Origin: Polyangia bacterium
GTDB lineage: Bacteria > Myxococcota_A > Polyangia > JAAYKL01
NCBI GenBank assembly: GCA_050287845.1
Contig: JBNKCR010000025.1
Coordinates: forward strand, 1 to 64,000
Direction of reading: 5' to 3'
Length of the DNA: 64,000 nt
Shown here: positions 9,336-19,085 of the stretch, piece after piece
Layout of the letters: each line of letters begins with the position of its first letter
Numbering within the stretch: the first letter of the stretch is position 1
Translations under genes and position numbers: made by a program
The notes under the pieces: model-generated
Told to the model about the DNA's origin: nothing
What the model saw: only the letters and a program-made list of their open reading frames with translations
Database searches by the model: none

Positions 9336-11603
9336 ATGACGGATAATGCGCATATCGAAGAGGAAATGCGGCGGCTTGAGGCGGAAATCAATCGGCACAA
9401 CCGGTTGTATTACCGGGACGCCAGACCGGAAATTACGGATTATGAATATGACCAGCTGCTGAAAAAGCTCGAAGCGCTTGAAGCGGAATACCCCGAGCTG
9501 GCATCTGTCACGTCTCCCACGTTGCGGGTGGGGGGCGCGCCCCTGGATGGCTTTGAAAGTGTGGCCCATGCCGAGCCCATGAAAAGCCTGTCCAATACAT
9601 ACAATAAAGATGAGCTGACGGATTTTGATGAGCGCATCCGCAAGCTTATTCCCGATACCGCCTTTACCTATGTGCTGGAACCCAAGATTGACGGCGTGGC
9701 CATTTCGTTGCGTTACGAAAGCGGCGTTCTGGCGCAGGCCCTCACCCGGGGCGACGGCGTGAAAGGCGACAATGTCACCGCCAACATTCGCACCATCAAG
9801 TCGATTCCCCTGAAGCTTTCGATGGCGAATCCCCCTGATGTGCTGGAGGTGCGCGGCGAAATCTACATGGATAAAACCGGGTTCCGGAGGCTGAATGAAC
9901 AGCGACAGGAAGACGGTCTGGAGCCGTTTGCCAATCCCCGCAACGCCTGCGCTGGGTCGTTGAAGCAGCTGGATTCCAGAGAAGTGGCCAGACGTCCCCT
10001 GGACGCGGTATTCTACGCGGCGGGGTTGCTGTCGGGCATTTCATTTGAAACCCATGCCGAACTGCTTTTAGAATTGGAGAATTTCGGACTTCCCACTGCC
10101 CCCACGTTCTGGCAGTTGAAGACCATTGACGAAGTGGCAGCCCGACTGGATGAACTCCACGTCATGCAGGAGTCGTTTCCTTTTGAAATGGACGGCGCGG
10201 TCATCAAGGTGAACGAACGCCACCTGTATGACGTGCTCGGGTTCACTGCCAAAAGTCCGAGATGGGCGGTGGCGTACAAGTATGCCCCGGAGCAGGCCGA
10301 AACAAAACTGTTGGATATTACTGTACAGGTGGGCCGTACCGGCGTGCTGACCCCCGTGGCCGAACTGGAAGCGGTTCAGTTGTCAGGCACCACGGTGCGT
10401 CGCGCCACCCTGCACAATGCCGAAGAGATTGAGCGCAAGGACGTGCGCATCGGTGATGTGGTGGTAGTTGAAAAGGCCGGTGAAATCATCCCCGCAGTGG
10501 TCCGGGTGGTCACCGAAAAGCGCTCGGGAACCGAGAAGCCGTTTGAAATGCCTTCGAGTTGCCCGGTCTGCCGTGGTGAAGTGGCGAAGCGCGATGGTGA
10601 GGTCGCCATTCGATGCATGAACCTGCAGTGCCCCGCGCAGCTTAAAACCTGGCTGGAACACTTTGTGTCCCGGGATGCGCTCGACATTGAAGGCGCAGGC
10701 GGCATCGTTTGCGACAATCTGATTGAGAAGGCGCTGGTGAAAAATCCCCTGGATTTGTTTGAGTTGTCCGCCGATGATTTGAACACATTCAACCTGGGCA
10801 CCGATGATTCCCCCCGGATGCTGGGGGAAAAAAATGCCGCAAAAATTCTCTCGTCCGTGGCGGCGGCCAGAACGAAACCCCTTTCCAACTGGCTGTTTGC
10901 CCTGGGCATTCCCCGGCTGGGCAAGGTGGGGGCGCAGATTATTGCCGAAAAACACGAATCCCTTCAGGCAGTGGCCGACTCACAGATGCTGCGCGATATT
11001 GTGATCCTTGCCGGCGAATCCGAAAAAATCAGGGCACTGAAAAATGATGACCCGGTGGCCTATGGCAAAAGGTGCGACGAACTGGAAGCCATTGGCGATG
11101 GTCTGGTGGCTGCGGGGTGGTATAAAAAAGCGGCATCCACATCAAAAACGCGCACCCTGGCGAAGTACACATTGAAAAATCAGCAGGGGGTGGGCGCAAA
11201 AGCGGCGGAATCTGTGCTGGAATTCATGGACAGCGAACGGGGAAAAACGTTGCTCGCCCGCATCGCCGCGTTGGGAATTTCCCCCAGTGTCACGCAGAAA
11301 TCATCGGCGATGCTTTCTGGGAAATCGTTCGTGATCACCGGCACGCTGCCTTCCATGGGGCGAAGTGAGGTATCCAAACTGATTGTGCAACATGGGGGAA
11401 CCGTATCGTCGAGTGTGTCCAAAAATACAGATTATCTGCTGGCCGGAGAAAAAGCGGGCTCTAAACTGACCAGAGCCCAGTCCCTGGGAGTGAAAGTGAT
11501 TTCTGAAACAGGGTTGCAGGAACTGTTGACCACCGGTGAGACCGCACAGAAGGATGTGTCGGCCAACGAAGATCAGGAAAAAGAGCAGTTGCACTTTTTA
11601 TGA
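9336..11603 (+). CDS. ligA: NAD-dependent DNA ligase
   Basis: EPKIDG adenylation motif, TRGDG, EVRGE, C4 zinc finger, HhH repeats, BRCT (VITGTL...AGEKAGSKL). Confidence 0.97.
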   Translation: MTDNAHIEEEMRRLEAEINRHNRLYYRDARPEITDYEYDQLLKKLEALEAEYPELASVTSPTLRVGGAPLDGFESVAHAEPMKSLSNTYNKDELTDFDERIRKLIPDTAFTYVLEPKIDGVAISLRYESGVLAQALTRGDGVKGDNVTANIRTIKSIPLKLSMANPPDVLEVRGEIYMDKTGFRRLNEQRQEDGLEPFANPRNACAGSLKQLDSREVARRPLDAVFYAAGLLSGISFETHAELLLELENFGLPTAPTFWQLKTIDEVAARLDELHVMQESFPFEMDGAVIKVNERHLYDVLGFTAKSPRWAVAYKYAPEQAETKLLDITVQVGRTGVLTPVAELEAVQLSGTTVRRATLHNAEEIERKDVRIGDVVVVEKAGEIIPAVVRVVTEKRSGTEKPFEMPSSCPVCRGEVAKRDGEVAIRCMNLQCPAQLKTWLEHFVSRDALDIEGAGGIVCDNLIEKALVKNPLDLFELSADDLNTFNLGTDDSPRMLGEKNAAKILSSVAAARTKPLSNWLFALGIPRLGKVGAQIIAEKHESLQAVADSQMLRDIVILAGESEKIRALKNDDPVAYGKRCDELEAIGDGLVAAGWYKKAASTSKTRTLAKYTLKNQQGVGAKAAESVLEFMDSERGKTLLARIAALGISPSVTQKSSAMLSGKSFVITGTLPSMGRSEVSKLIVQHGGTVSSSVSKNTDYLLAGEKAGSKLTRAQSLGVKVISETGLQELLTTGETAQKDVSANEDQEKEQLHFL

Positions 11604-11691
11604 TATGATAAAAATTGGCATCCCGGCTGGCACGGAAATGGATGAAGAAAGCACTGAGTTAACTGAGCTATATGAACGTTAGGAGGGCTCT

Positions 11692-12759
11692 ATGGAGAAG
11701 ATTGAAATGATTCGACATACCGGTTATTACATTGTCATCTCTGCCGCGTGTCTGATGGTCTTCGGGTGTGAGCCATCCAATGGTGTCGGTATCCCGGCCG
11801 TTGATACGTATTCAAACACGAGTACACAGTCTGGCACAAACGAGACTGAAGAAATTCCTGCCACAGACTCCGATTCAGAGGTGAAGACCGACCCCTGGAC
11901 AGAAATGGAAACAGAAACAGAAACGGAAACGGAATCGAAAATAGAAACGGAAACAGAAACCGAAACGGAATCGAAAATAGAAACGGAAACAGAAACCGAA
12001 ACAGAAACAGAAACCGATGATGGACTATGCACTGATCCGTACCTGTGCAGCGCGGTTACCCCGGACAATCCCGTTATCGGGGAGGAAGTCAGCCGCGGCT
12101 CGGTGACCACATACGGATCTCCGGACAAGCCAGAAAACAGTGTGGGGGGGGCTTGTAATTACGGGCAGACGGGCATCAAGTATTATGCGGCGATACATGT
12201 GCATGTGTCGGCGGCGGACAGCGATTTTCTCGGTCCCTGGGAGGGCGGACACGCCTGCGGTGGGTGCATGCATGTCCGAACCCGAACGGCGGATGGCTGG
12301 CTGGATAGCTTTGCGCGGATCACCGACCGCTGTGCCGACGAATTCTGTGGAATCGATCTCGGCGGGGCCCCCGCTGCGGATGTGATGCCTCTCGGCCCCG
12401 GTCGCTACGATGGGGAGTGGTGGTGGGAAAGTTGCGAAGGGCACCCCGAGGTATTCGATGGTCCCACTGCACTGTATGTAAAAGATGGTTCCAATGATTC
12501 CTGGGCACTGGTTCAGGTCCGCAATCCCCCCTCCCGGATTTCCGGGCTATTTTATGCGAACGGAGAAAACCCGGATGCAACCGCTTTCATGGCCATGGAG
12601 TGGGCCATTGAAGCAGAAAATTTCTACCGTGTCCCCCCGGAGATACTTCAGGACGAAGGACTGGTTACCATTCGGATTGACTACGCCATGGCGGAATCCC
12701 AGACCGTGGTGGTGAAAGGCACCGATTTGGCCGTGGCAGAAAAATCCATCACCATTTAA
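11692..12759 (+). CDS. Expansin-like (DPBB + CBM63-like) lipoprotein with Glu/Thr linker
   Basis: Lipobox VFGC; GGACNYG, CGGC, ITDRC...CGIDL and WALVQVRN motifs of bacterial expansins. Confidence 0.78.
   Translation: MEKIEMIRHTGYYIVISAACLMVFGCEPSNGVGIPAVDTYSNTSTQSGTNETEEIPATDSDSEVKTDPWTEMETETETETESKIETETETETESKIETETETETETETDDGLCTDPYLCSAVTPDNPVIGEEVSRGSVTTYGSPDKPENSVGGACNYGQTGIKYYAAIHVHVSAADSDFLGPWEGGHACGGCMHVRTRTADGWLDSFARITDRCADEFCGIDLGGAPAADVMPLGPGRYDGEWWWESCEGHPEVFDGPTALYVKDGSNDSWALVQVRNPPSRISGLFYANGENPDATAFMAMEWAIEAENFYRVPPEILQDEGLVTIRIDYAMAESQTVVVKGTDLAVAEKSITI
11908..12016 (+). repeat. (Glu-Thr)n coding repeat with exact 36-bp tandem duplication (11926-11961, 11962-11997)
   Basis: GAAACN hexamers; unit GAAACGGAATCGAAAATAGAAACGGAAACAGAAACC twice. 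Confidence 0.9.
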
Positions 12760-12856
12760 TCACCATCATTCCTCATCGATTGACAGCAGGGATCGCGCGT
12801 CAGTGGTGCAGCCCCACATGCTCGCAATCACGACCCGTCTTTTTGTCTGGAATTTT

Positions 12857-12902
12857 GTTTGACAATCAAACTATTTGATAATACATTATTTTGAGAGTCA
12901 AA
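12857..12902 (+). promoter_or_regulatory. Sigma70 promoter overlapped by two TTTGA-N3-TCAAA operator boxes
   Basis: TTGACA (12859-64)-17 nt-TACATT (12882-87); palindromes GTTTGACAATCAAAC (12857-71) and TTTGAGAGTCAAA (12890-902) upstream of marR. Confidence 0.7.
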
Positions 12903-12936
12903 CAATTTAACCGGGACTGGACGGGAGATTGGTGCA

Positions 12937-13359
12937 ATGAAACAGACGTTAAAAGCCGACTTTGGCCACGTGCTGCTCGAAGTGTATGAACGATTGAGCG
13001 CCTGGGAACAGGGGGTGGTTGCCGAGGGAAATCTGTCTGCGGCCCAGATGCACGCACTGGAAATGCTCGGTCATCTGGGAGCGCCCACCATGAAGGCGTT
13101 GGCCGGACGCCTCGGCGTGACCACCGGCACGGTCACCGCCATGATAGACCGACTCGAAAAAGAAAATCTGGTGAAACGTCAGAAAAATCCCCATGACCGG
13201 CGCAGTACGATTCTGGCCCTCACCGACACCGGCAGGCAGCAGTTTGAACAGCATCATCAGTTTCATATTCAACTCACCGAGGAACTGTCCGCATGCTTCA
13301 ACGAAGAAGAGCTGGCCCATTTCAACGAATACCTCAACCGAATTGTGGATCGCATCTGA
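12937..13359 (+). CDS. MarR-family regulator (His-rich helix 5)
   Basis: wHTH TMKALAGRLGVTTGTVTAMIDRLE, DRR motif, FEQHHQFH. Confidence 0.92.
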   Translation: MKQTLKADFGHVLLEVYERLSAWEQGVVAEGNLSAAQMHALEMLGHLGAPTMKALAGRLGVTTGTVTAMIDRLEKENLVKRQKNPHDRRSTILALTDTGRQQFEQHHQFHIQLTEELSACFNEEELAHFNEYLNRIVDRI

Positions 13360-13373
13360 AGAAGGAATCTGTC

Positions 13374-14312
13374 ATGGCATATCAGGAATCAATCTGCACG
13401 CTGCATCGGGCCCCGGAGAGACGCGGGGAACGCAAACTGCTGACGATTATCGCAATCTCCCTTATTACCATGGTAGGAGAAATTGTCAGCGGCACCGTGT
13501 ACGGCTCTCTGGCACTGCTGGCTGATGGGTGGCATATGGGAACCCATGTCCTGGCCCTCGGAATTGCTTTTGCCGCATGCGTGCTGGCAAAGCGGATTGC
13601 CGCTGACCGGCGTTTCGGATTCGGTCCGGCCAAAGTGGGCGCCCTTGGAGGATTCGCCGGCGCGATTCTTCTTGGGGCGGTGGCGTTTGAAATGTTGGCG
13701 GAGGGCATTCATCGTCTGTTGGCGCCGGAAAGCATCCAGTTCACCGAAGCAATGATGGTGGCAGGCATCGGGCTGATGGTCAACGTCGTTGGCGCTCTAC
13801 TGCTTCACGATGGCGGCCATTCCCACCACGCCCACGAACACGGCACATCCGGAGACGTGCATCATCACGCCCCTCGTGGTGGACACGGGTACGACGTTAA
13901 TATGCGCTCCGCCTATCTGCATGTCATTACCGATGCCCTGACATCGGTAATGGCCATTGTGGCCTTGCTGCTGGGGCAGCAGTTCGGCTGGATTTGGGCG
14001 GATGCCGCTGTGGCCATGCTGGGGGGAGTGATTATTCTCAGATGGGCGTATGGGTTGCTCCGGGACGCAGGGGCCACACTCCTTGATTTTGTTCCGGATA
14101 AAGCGATGCATGATGAAATCGAAGCCGCAATACGCGGCAGCGCCGACAATCAGATAACGGATTTACATATCTGGCCCCAGGGCAATGAGTACGGTGTACT
14201 TGCAACGGTCAAAAATCCGGGACCAATCGACCCCCCCCAGTGCATTCATGAACGACTCCGGAAACTGGGATATCTGGATCACATTACAATTGAAGTACGC
14301 TGCGGACGATGA
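13374..14312 (+). CDS. dmeF: Cation diffusion facilitator, DmeF-like Co/Ni/Zn exporter
   Basis: SLALLADGWHMGTH, His-rich loop, NMRSAYLHVITDALTS, DLHIW. Confidence 0.85.
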   Translation: MAYQESICTLHRAPERRGERKLLTIIAISLITMVGEIVSGTVYGSLALLADGWHMGTHVLALGIAFAACVLAKRIAADRRFGFGPAKVGALGGFAGAILLGAVAFEMLAEGIHRLLAPESIQFTEAMMVAGIGLMVNVVGALLLHDGGHSHHAHEHGTSGDVHHHAPRGGHGYDVNMRSAYLHVITDALTSVMAIVALLLGQQFGWIWADAAVAMLGGVIILRWAYGLLRDAGATLLDFVPDKAMHDEIEAAIRGSADNQITDLHIWPQGNEYGVLATVKNPGPIDPPQCIHERLRKLGYLDHITIEVRCGR

Positions 14313-14514
14313 TTCAATCTATCTGCTGAAACCATATTATCGTTAGGCATGCCGAAAAAAGAAGTGCATGGCTAATCGTGTTGTTTTACCATGTAGATGA
14401 TTAATTTTAAAAAGACAAAATTTTCAGCAATATCCCTGGTGGGCTATAAAGTATTTCCTCCAGTATCCGTTTCCTTTTGCAGATTTGGTTTTATTGCTGA
14501 AGTTGAGATGAACA

Positions 14515-15978
14515 GTGCAAAAATTTAATGAAGTAACCAGACTTCCGATTCGCAACGGAAGCGGAACTGAACAGACTCAAACCGAAGACATCATCGGGAA
14601 CGGCGTACATGTGCTGGTCGTCGATGATGACACCACCTCTTTGCGAAGTGTGGAACGTATTCTCAGAGCGCGCGGTTTTGAGGTGTTAACTGCTGCAGAT
14701 GGCGCCACCGCGCTGGAGGTGGTCAATTCTGACGCCATTGACGTGATGCTCCTCGATTTGGTGATGCCGGGAATGAGCGGGCTGGATGTTCTCCGAAAGA
14801 CAAAGCTGCAGAAAGAGCAGATTCAGGTGGTCATGATGACGGCCTTCGGGGATGTGGACGCAGCGGTTGCGGCGGTGAAGGCGGGCGCCTACGACTTTTT
14901 GACCAAACCATTTCAGTCGCCGGATGCACTGGCGCTGTCGGTGTCCAAAGCCGCAGAACATTCCAAACTGCTGTGTCGGGCCCGGGAGCTGGAAAAAGAA
15001 CTCGAAATCCACGAAAAATACGGAGACATTGTAGGGTCTTCCGCACCCATGATGGAAGTTTATCGGATGGTGGAATCCGTGGCGCACTCCGTATCCACGG
15101 TATTGTTGCAGGGCGAATCCGGAACCGGTAAGGAACTGGTTGCCAGAGCCATCCATAACCAGGGGCCCAGGGCCAACAAGCCATTTATTCCGGTCAACTG
15201 TTCGGCCATTCCCGAAACGCTAGTGGAAGCCGAACTGTTCGGTCACGTTCGCGGTGCGTTTACCGGCGCCGTCGAAAGCCGCAAGGGAATGTTTGAAACG
15301 GCGGATGGCGGCACCATCATGCTCGATGAGATTGGCGATCTGCCACTCCAGGTGCAGGTGAAACTGCTGCGGGCACTGCAGGATGGCGAAATAAAACGAG
15401 TCGGTTCCAGTGAATCCATCAAGGTGGATACCCGGGTGATTGCCGCCACGAATGTAAATCTGACCGAGGCAATGGAGCTGGGAATTTTCAGACAGGATTT
15501 GTATTACCGTTTGAGCGTCATTACCATTCCGCTGCCTCCGCTCCGGGATCGGTCTGAAGACATTCCGCTGCTCGCCTACCATTTTCTGAAAAAATATGCG
15601 TCGCGATCGGGTCGCGATATTTCCCGGATTTCCCTGGAGGCAATGCGGGCGCTGCGAACCCATTCATGGCCCGGCAACGTGCGGGAACTTGAAAACGCCA
15701 TTGAACGCGCAGTGGTCATGGCCCGGGGGGATGCCATTCTACCCGGTGACCTGCCGCCATCCGTGGTGGATACCCGGGCGCCATCAGTACCTCAGAATCT
15801 GCTCCTGGATTTGCCCTTCAATGAGGCAAAGAAAAAAGCGGTGGAACAGTTCGAATCAAGCTATGTGGAATCCATGCTGAAACGGGCTGGTGGCAATGTG
15901 AGTGAAGCAGCCCGGCAGGCCGGCATGGATCGCAGCAACTTCCGCCGAGTCCTTCGCAAGTACAAGCACGGCGGTTGA
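14515..15978 (+). CDS. Sigma54-dependent response regulator (NtrC/AtoC type)
   Basis: Receiver domain, GESGTGKE, GAFTGA, WPGNVRELEN, Fis-type HTH. Confidence 0.95.
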   Translation: MQKFNEVTRLPIRNGSGTEQTQTEDIIGNGVHVLVVDDDTTSLRSVERILRARGFEVLTAADGATALEVVNSDAIDVMLLDLVMPGMSGLDVLRKTKLQKEQIQVVMMTAFGDVDAAVAAVKAGAYDFLTKPFQSPDALALSVSKAAEHSKLLCRARELEKELEIHEKYGDIVGSSAPMMEVYRMVESVAHSVSTVLLQGESGTGKELVARAIHNQGPRANKPFIPVNCSAIPETLVEAELFGHVRGAFTGAVESRKGMFETADGGTIMLDEIGDLPLQVQVKLLRALQDGEIKRVGSSESIKVDTRVIAATNVNLTEAMELGIFRQDLYYRLSVITIPLPPLRDRSEDIPLLAYHFLKKYASRSGRDISRISLEAMRALRTHSWPGNVRELENAIERAVVMARGDAILPGDLPPSVVDTRAPSVPQNLLLDLPFNEAKKKAVEQFESSYVESMLKRAGGNVSEAARQAGMDRSNFRRVLRKYKHGG

Positions 15979-16013
15979 CCCCGAAGCTGCCCCCATCCCG
16001 AAAAAACGCTATT

Positions 16014-17972
16014 TTATCCGTGAAGAATTTCGCGAACCCGCAAACAGAGCGCCTCTGAAGAAAATGGCTTCTGAATGTACGACTGGCCCTTATTGAAAAC
16101 ACCATGCTGCATGAGTGTATCATCGGCGTATCCGGACATGAACAGGGTTTTCATTTTGCCATTTTTCAGCGCAGCCATCTCCGACAACTGCCTGCCGTTC
16201 ATCCGCGGCATCACCACATCGGTAATGAGGAGATGAATGGCAGAATTATATTTTTCTATGAAATTGACGGCATCCTGTCCGTCGCTGGCTTCAAAAACTT
16301 TGTAGCCATTTTTCCGAAGCATACGGCTGATCAGGTTGCGGAGCATCTGTTCGTCCTCCACCACAAGAATGGTTTCGGTACCGTGGTGGGACATTCTCTG
16401 CTCGGCAATAATTTCCTGTTCTTCGGTAATTTCCTCCACCGCCGGCATATACACCCGAAAAACAGTGCCGCTGCCGGGAGAAGAATCCACGGTGATGACG
16501 CCCTCACTCTGTTTTACAATACCAAACACCGTGGAGAGACCGAGACCAGTGCCCTTACCCTTTTCCTTGGTCGTGAAGAACGGTTCAAAAATGTGAGACA
16601 GCACTTCTTCGTTCATTCCGGCGCCGGTATCTTCGACTTCGAGAATGATACAATCACCGCTGATAGAATTCTGAAAATCCCGCACTGCATTTTCTATGGG
16701 AATGCGGGCGTTGGATGTGCGGATGTGCAACTGTCCGCCAGCGGGCATGGCGTCCCGGGCGTTCACCACCAGATTCATGATGACCTGCTCCATCTGAACA
16801 GGATCAGCTCTGGTGGTATTGAGCTCCGGATCCAGACTGGTTTCCAGATGAATGTCTTCACCAATCAGTCTGCCAAGCATCCGTTTGGCACCTTCCACAA
16901 CGCCATTCAGATTGAAAACCTGCGGTTGCATCACCTGTTTACGGCTGAAGACCAGCAATTGCCGGGTCAACTCAGCTGCACGTTTGGCTGCGCGGGAAAT
17001 TTCGAGGATGTCTTCCCGGAGCGGATCGCCTTTCTTCACATCGAGCAGCATGACATCGGAGTATCCCAGGATGGCCCCCAACAGATTGTTGAAATCGTGG
17101 GCCACGCCACCTGCAAGTCGGCCGATGGCTTCCATTTTCTGTGAGAGACGAAGCTGCGCTTCTGTTTCTTCCAGAACTTCCTGGCTCCTTTTTTTCTCAC
17201 TGATGTCCCGCATGATCACCAGCAGAAAGTCTTCCCGACCTCGGGTTCCGTAGGACACGGAAAACTCCACCGGCAGACGCTTTCCATCCCGGGTCAGGGC
17301 ATCCACTTCGATGGTATTGCCCACAATGCGATGGGACGGGACGCCGGCAGAACTCTGAGAAGCGACGAAAAAATTCACATCCGCACGGAACTCCGGGGCG
17401 ATGAGCATATCGATGGATTTGCCAATCACCTCTGTCCACTGGTACTTCAGCATCCGGGAAGCAGCCTGATTGAACAGAGAGATGGAGCCGTCCATATCCA
17501 CGGAGATCAGGGTATCAATACTGGCATCCACCACGGTACGGAACCGCTCCTCGCTTCGGCGCAGTGCCTCTTCTGAACGCTTGCGCTCTCTGCGCTCCCG
17601 GGCCTCCCGCAATTCCCGCTCGATGGCGGGAACGAGACGGATGAGATTGTCCTTGGTCACATAGTCGTGAGCGCCGGCCTCCATTGCGGCCACGGCGGTA
17701 TGCTCATCGATGGTTCCCGACACAATGATAAATGGAATATCGACCCCTTCACTCTTGAGCAGAGCCAGGGCTTCAGGGGCACTGAAATCGGGAAGCGCAT
17801 AATCGGCCAATACCAAATCCCACGAGGCGGAGGTCAACCGGGTATACATATCATCGTATGTTTCCACCCGATCTGAAATGATGTCATACCCTTTTTTTTT
17901 CAGTTGGCGAAGAATGATGATGGCGTCATCTTCTCTGTCTTCGACCATCAGGACTCGTAATGGAACCCCCAT
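16014..17972 (-). CDS. Hybrid histidine kinase (REC-PAS-HisKA-HATPase-REC)
   Basis: GGVAHDFNN, NLVVNARDAM, DTGAGM, FEPFFTTK, GTGLGL; two receiver domains. Confidence 0.95.
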   Translation of the reverse strand: MGVPLRVLMVEDREDDAIIILRQLKKKGYDIISDRVETYDDMYTRLTSASWDLVLADYALPDFSAPEALALLKSEGVDIPFIIVSGTIDEHTAVAAMEAGAHDYVTKDNLIRLVPAIERELREARERRERKRSEEALRRSEERFRTVVDASIDTLISVDMDGSISLFNQAASRMLKYQWTEVIGKSIDMLIAPEFRADVNFFVASQSSAGVPSHRIVGNTIEVDALTRDGKRLPVEFSVSYGTRGREDFLLVIMRDISEKKRSQEVLEETEAQLRLSQKMEAIGRLAGGVAHDFNNLLGAILGYSDVMLLDVKKGDPLREDILEISRAAKRAAELTRQLLVFSRKQVMQPQVFNLNGVVEGAKRMLGRLIGEDIHLETSLDPELNTTRADPVQMEQVIMNLVVNARDAMPAGGQLHIRTSNARIPIENAVRDFQNSISGDCIILEVEDTGAGMNEEVLSHIFEPFFTTKEKGKGTGLGLSTVFGIVKQSEGVITVDSSPGSGTVFRVYMPAVEEITEEQEIIAEQRMSHHGTETILVVEDEQMLRNLISRMLRKNGYKVFEASDGQDAVNFIEKYNSAIHLLITDVVMPRMNGRQLSEMAALKNGKMKTLFMSGYADDTLMQHGVFNKGQSYIQKPFSSEALCLRVREILHG

Positions 17973-18014
17973 TGAATTCCTTTCCGCTGGTTGAGCTGCT
18001 CAAAGGGGACAGGT

Positions 18015-18503
18015 TCATGTATCAGATTGAGACCCTCCAGGACGCGCGATGATTCTGGAAAGTGCTGCCACGGTAGCACTTACCTGCTCTCTGGGCGGCA
18101 TCGGCGGGATGGCAGAAACGATTTTTCCCTCGTCGTTTACCAGCCAGGAACCGATGGCTTCTTCGGTTTTACCACCATTGACCGACTCGTGAATGGCACC
18201 GTCTACATCTGAAATCAGCAGAAACGGCAGGTCCTCCGCCTCCCGGACCGAGGCAAGGACATCCTCGGATGCCATCGATACCACGACCGGGCTGCATTCA
18301 AATTCGAGAAATTCATCCACACGGCGCTTGAGATTTTTCAACATTGTGATTTCAATGCGTTCCAGCGCCCTGCCCGTGAAAAAAACCGCCAGCGCCCGTC
18401 CGTTGAAATCCGCAAGGGAGATGGGCGTTCCCTCATCCGTTCTGCCGGATATATCCGGTATTTCATCGTCGATGATCAGGGGCCTGCTATTGCTTTTGCT
18501 CAT
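18015..18503 (-). CDS. Peroxiredoxin Bcp-like redoxin lacking the peroxidatic Cys
   Basis: ISLADFNGRALAVFF...VVVSM...LPFLLISDVDG...WLVNDEGKI matches the AhpC/TSA pattern; PxxxTxxC is absent. Confidence 0.65.
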   Translation of the reverse strand: MSKSNSRPLIIDDEIPDISGRTDEGTPISLADFNGRALAVFFTGRALERIEITMLKNLKRRVDEFLEFECSPVVVSMASEDVLASVREAEDLPFLLISDVDGAIHESVNGGKTEEAIGSWLVNDEGKIVSAIPPMPPREQVSATVAALSRIIARPGGSQSDT

Positions 18504-18622
18504 GTGATGAACCGCCCTTCTCCGTGGAATTTAATCGTGCGCATAATGTGTACGTTACAATCGGCGGTTGTCAAATATTATGGTGGAGTTTCCGATGGAT
18601 TTCGTTGGACGCATGGGGAAAT

Positions 18623-19048
18623 TCAGGACGATTTTACCCAATCCACTTCACAGTGTGCCCCGGTGAACTGTGAACTTTCTGGGGTGTACTGGTGAAACTC
18701 AATATCGTTTCCGTTGGGGTCTTTAAACCAGAACTGGTACGTCTTATCGCATCCTCTGGTAATTTCCGTGGTGACAATACCCGCCTGGTTCAACCGGTCG
18801 CGCATCGCTTCAATATCATCTGTTTCCAGACACAGATGACGCAGAGGCCCCCGGTTTTCGGCGTCAAACTCCGCGTTCAGAAATACCTCGATATAGTTGC
18901 CCGGAGACATTTCCAGATAGAATCCATACAGACTGCCATTCAGGGTGAAATCAAACACTTTTTTCATCCCCAGACCGTCACAGTAAAACTTTCGGCTGGT
19001 TTCGAGATCCCGGGTATAGATACAGACATGAGCGATGGATATTTTCAT
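18623..19048 (-). CDS. VOC/glyoxalase family protein
   Basis: IAHVCIYTRDLETSRKFY, RHLCLETDDI, FKDPNGNDIEF. Confidence 0.9.
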   Translation of the reverse strand: MKISIAHVCIYTRDLETSRKFYCDGLGMKKVFDFTLNGSLYGFYLEMSPGNYIEVFLNAEFDAENRGPLRHLCLETDDIEAMRDRLNQAGIVTTEITRGCDKTYQFWFKDPNGNDIEFHQYTPESSQFTGAHCEVDWVKSS

Positions 19049-19085
19049 CTTGCTTCTCCTGAGTATGAATCGGCCCCTTCGGGCG

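Noticed and set aside
11627..11645. Sigma54 promoter upstream of the expansin gene (TGGCACGGAAATGGA)
   Set aside because: The -24 element is present but the -12 TTGC is missing.
11908..12016. Short tandem repeats as a possible CRISPR array or VNTR element
   Set aside because: No unique spacers; in-frame Glu-Thr codon repeats within a lipoprotein linker; no cas genes.
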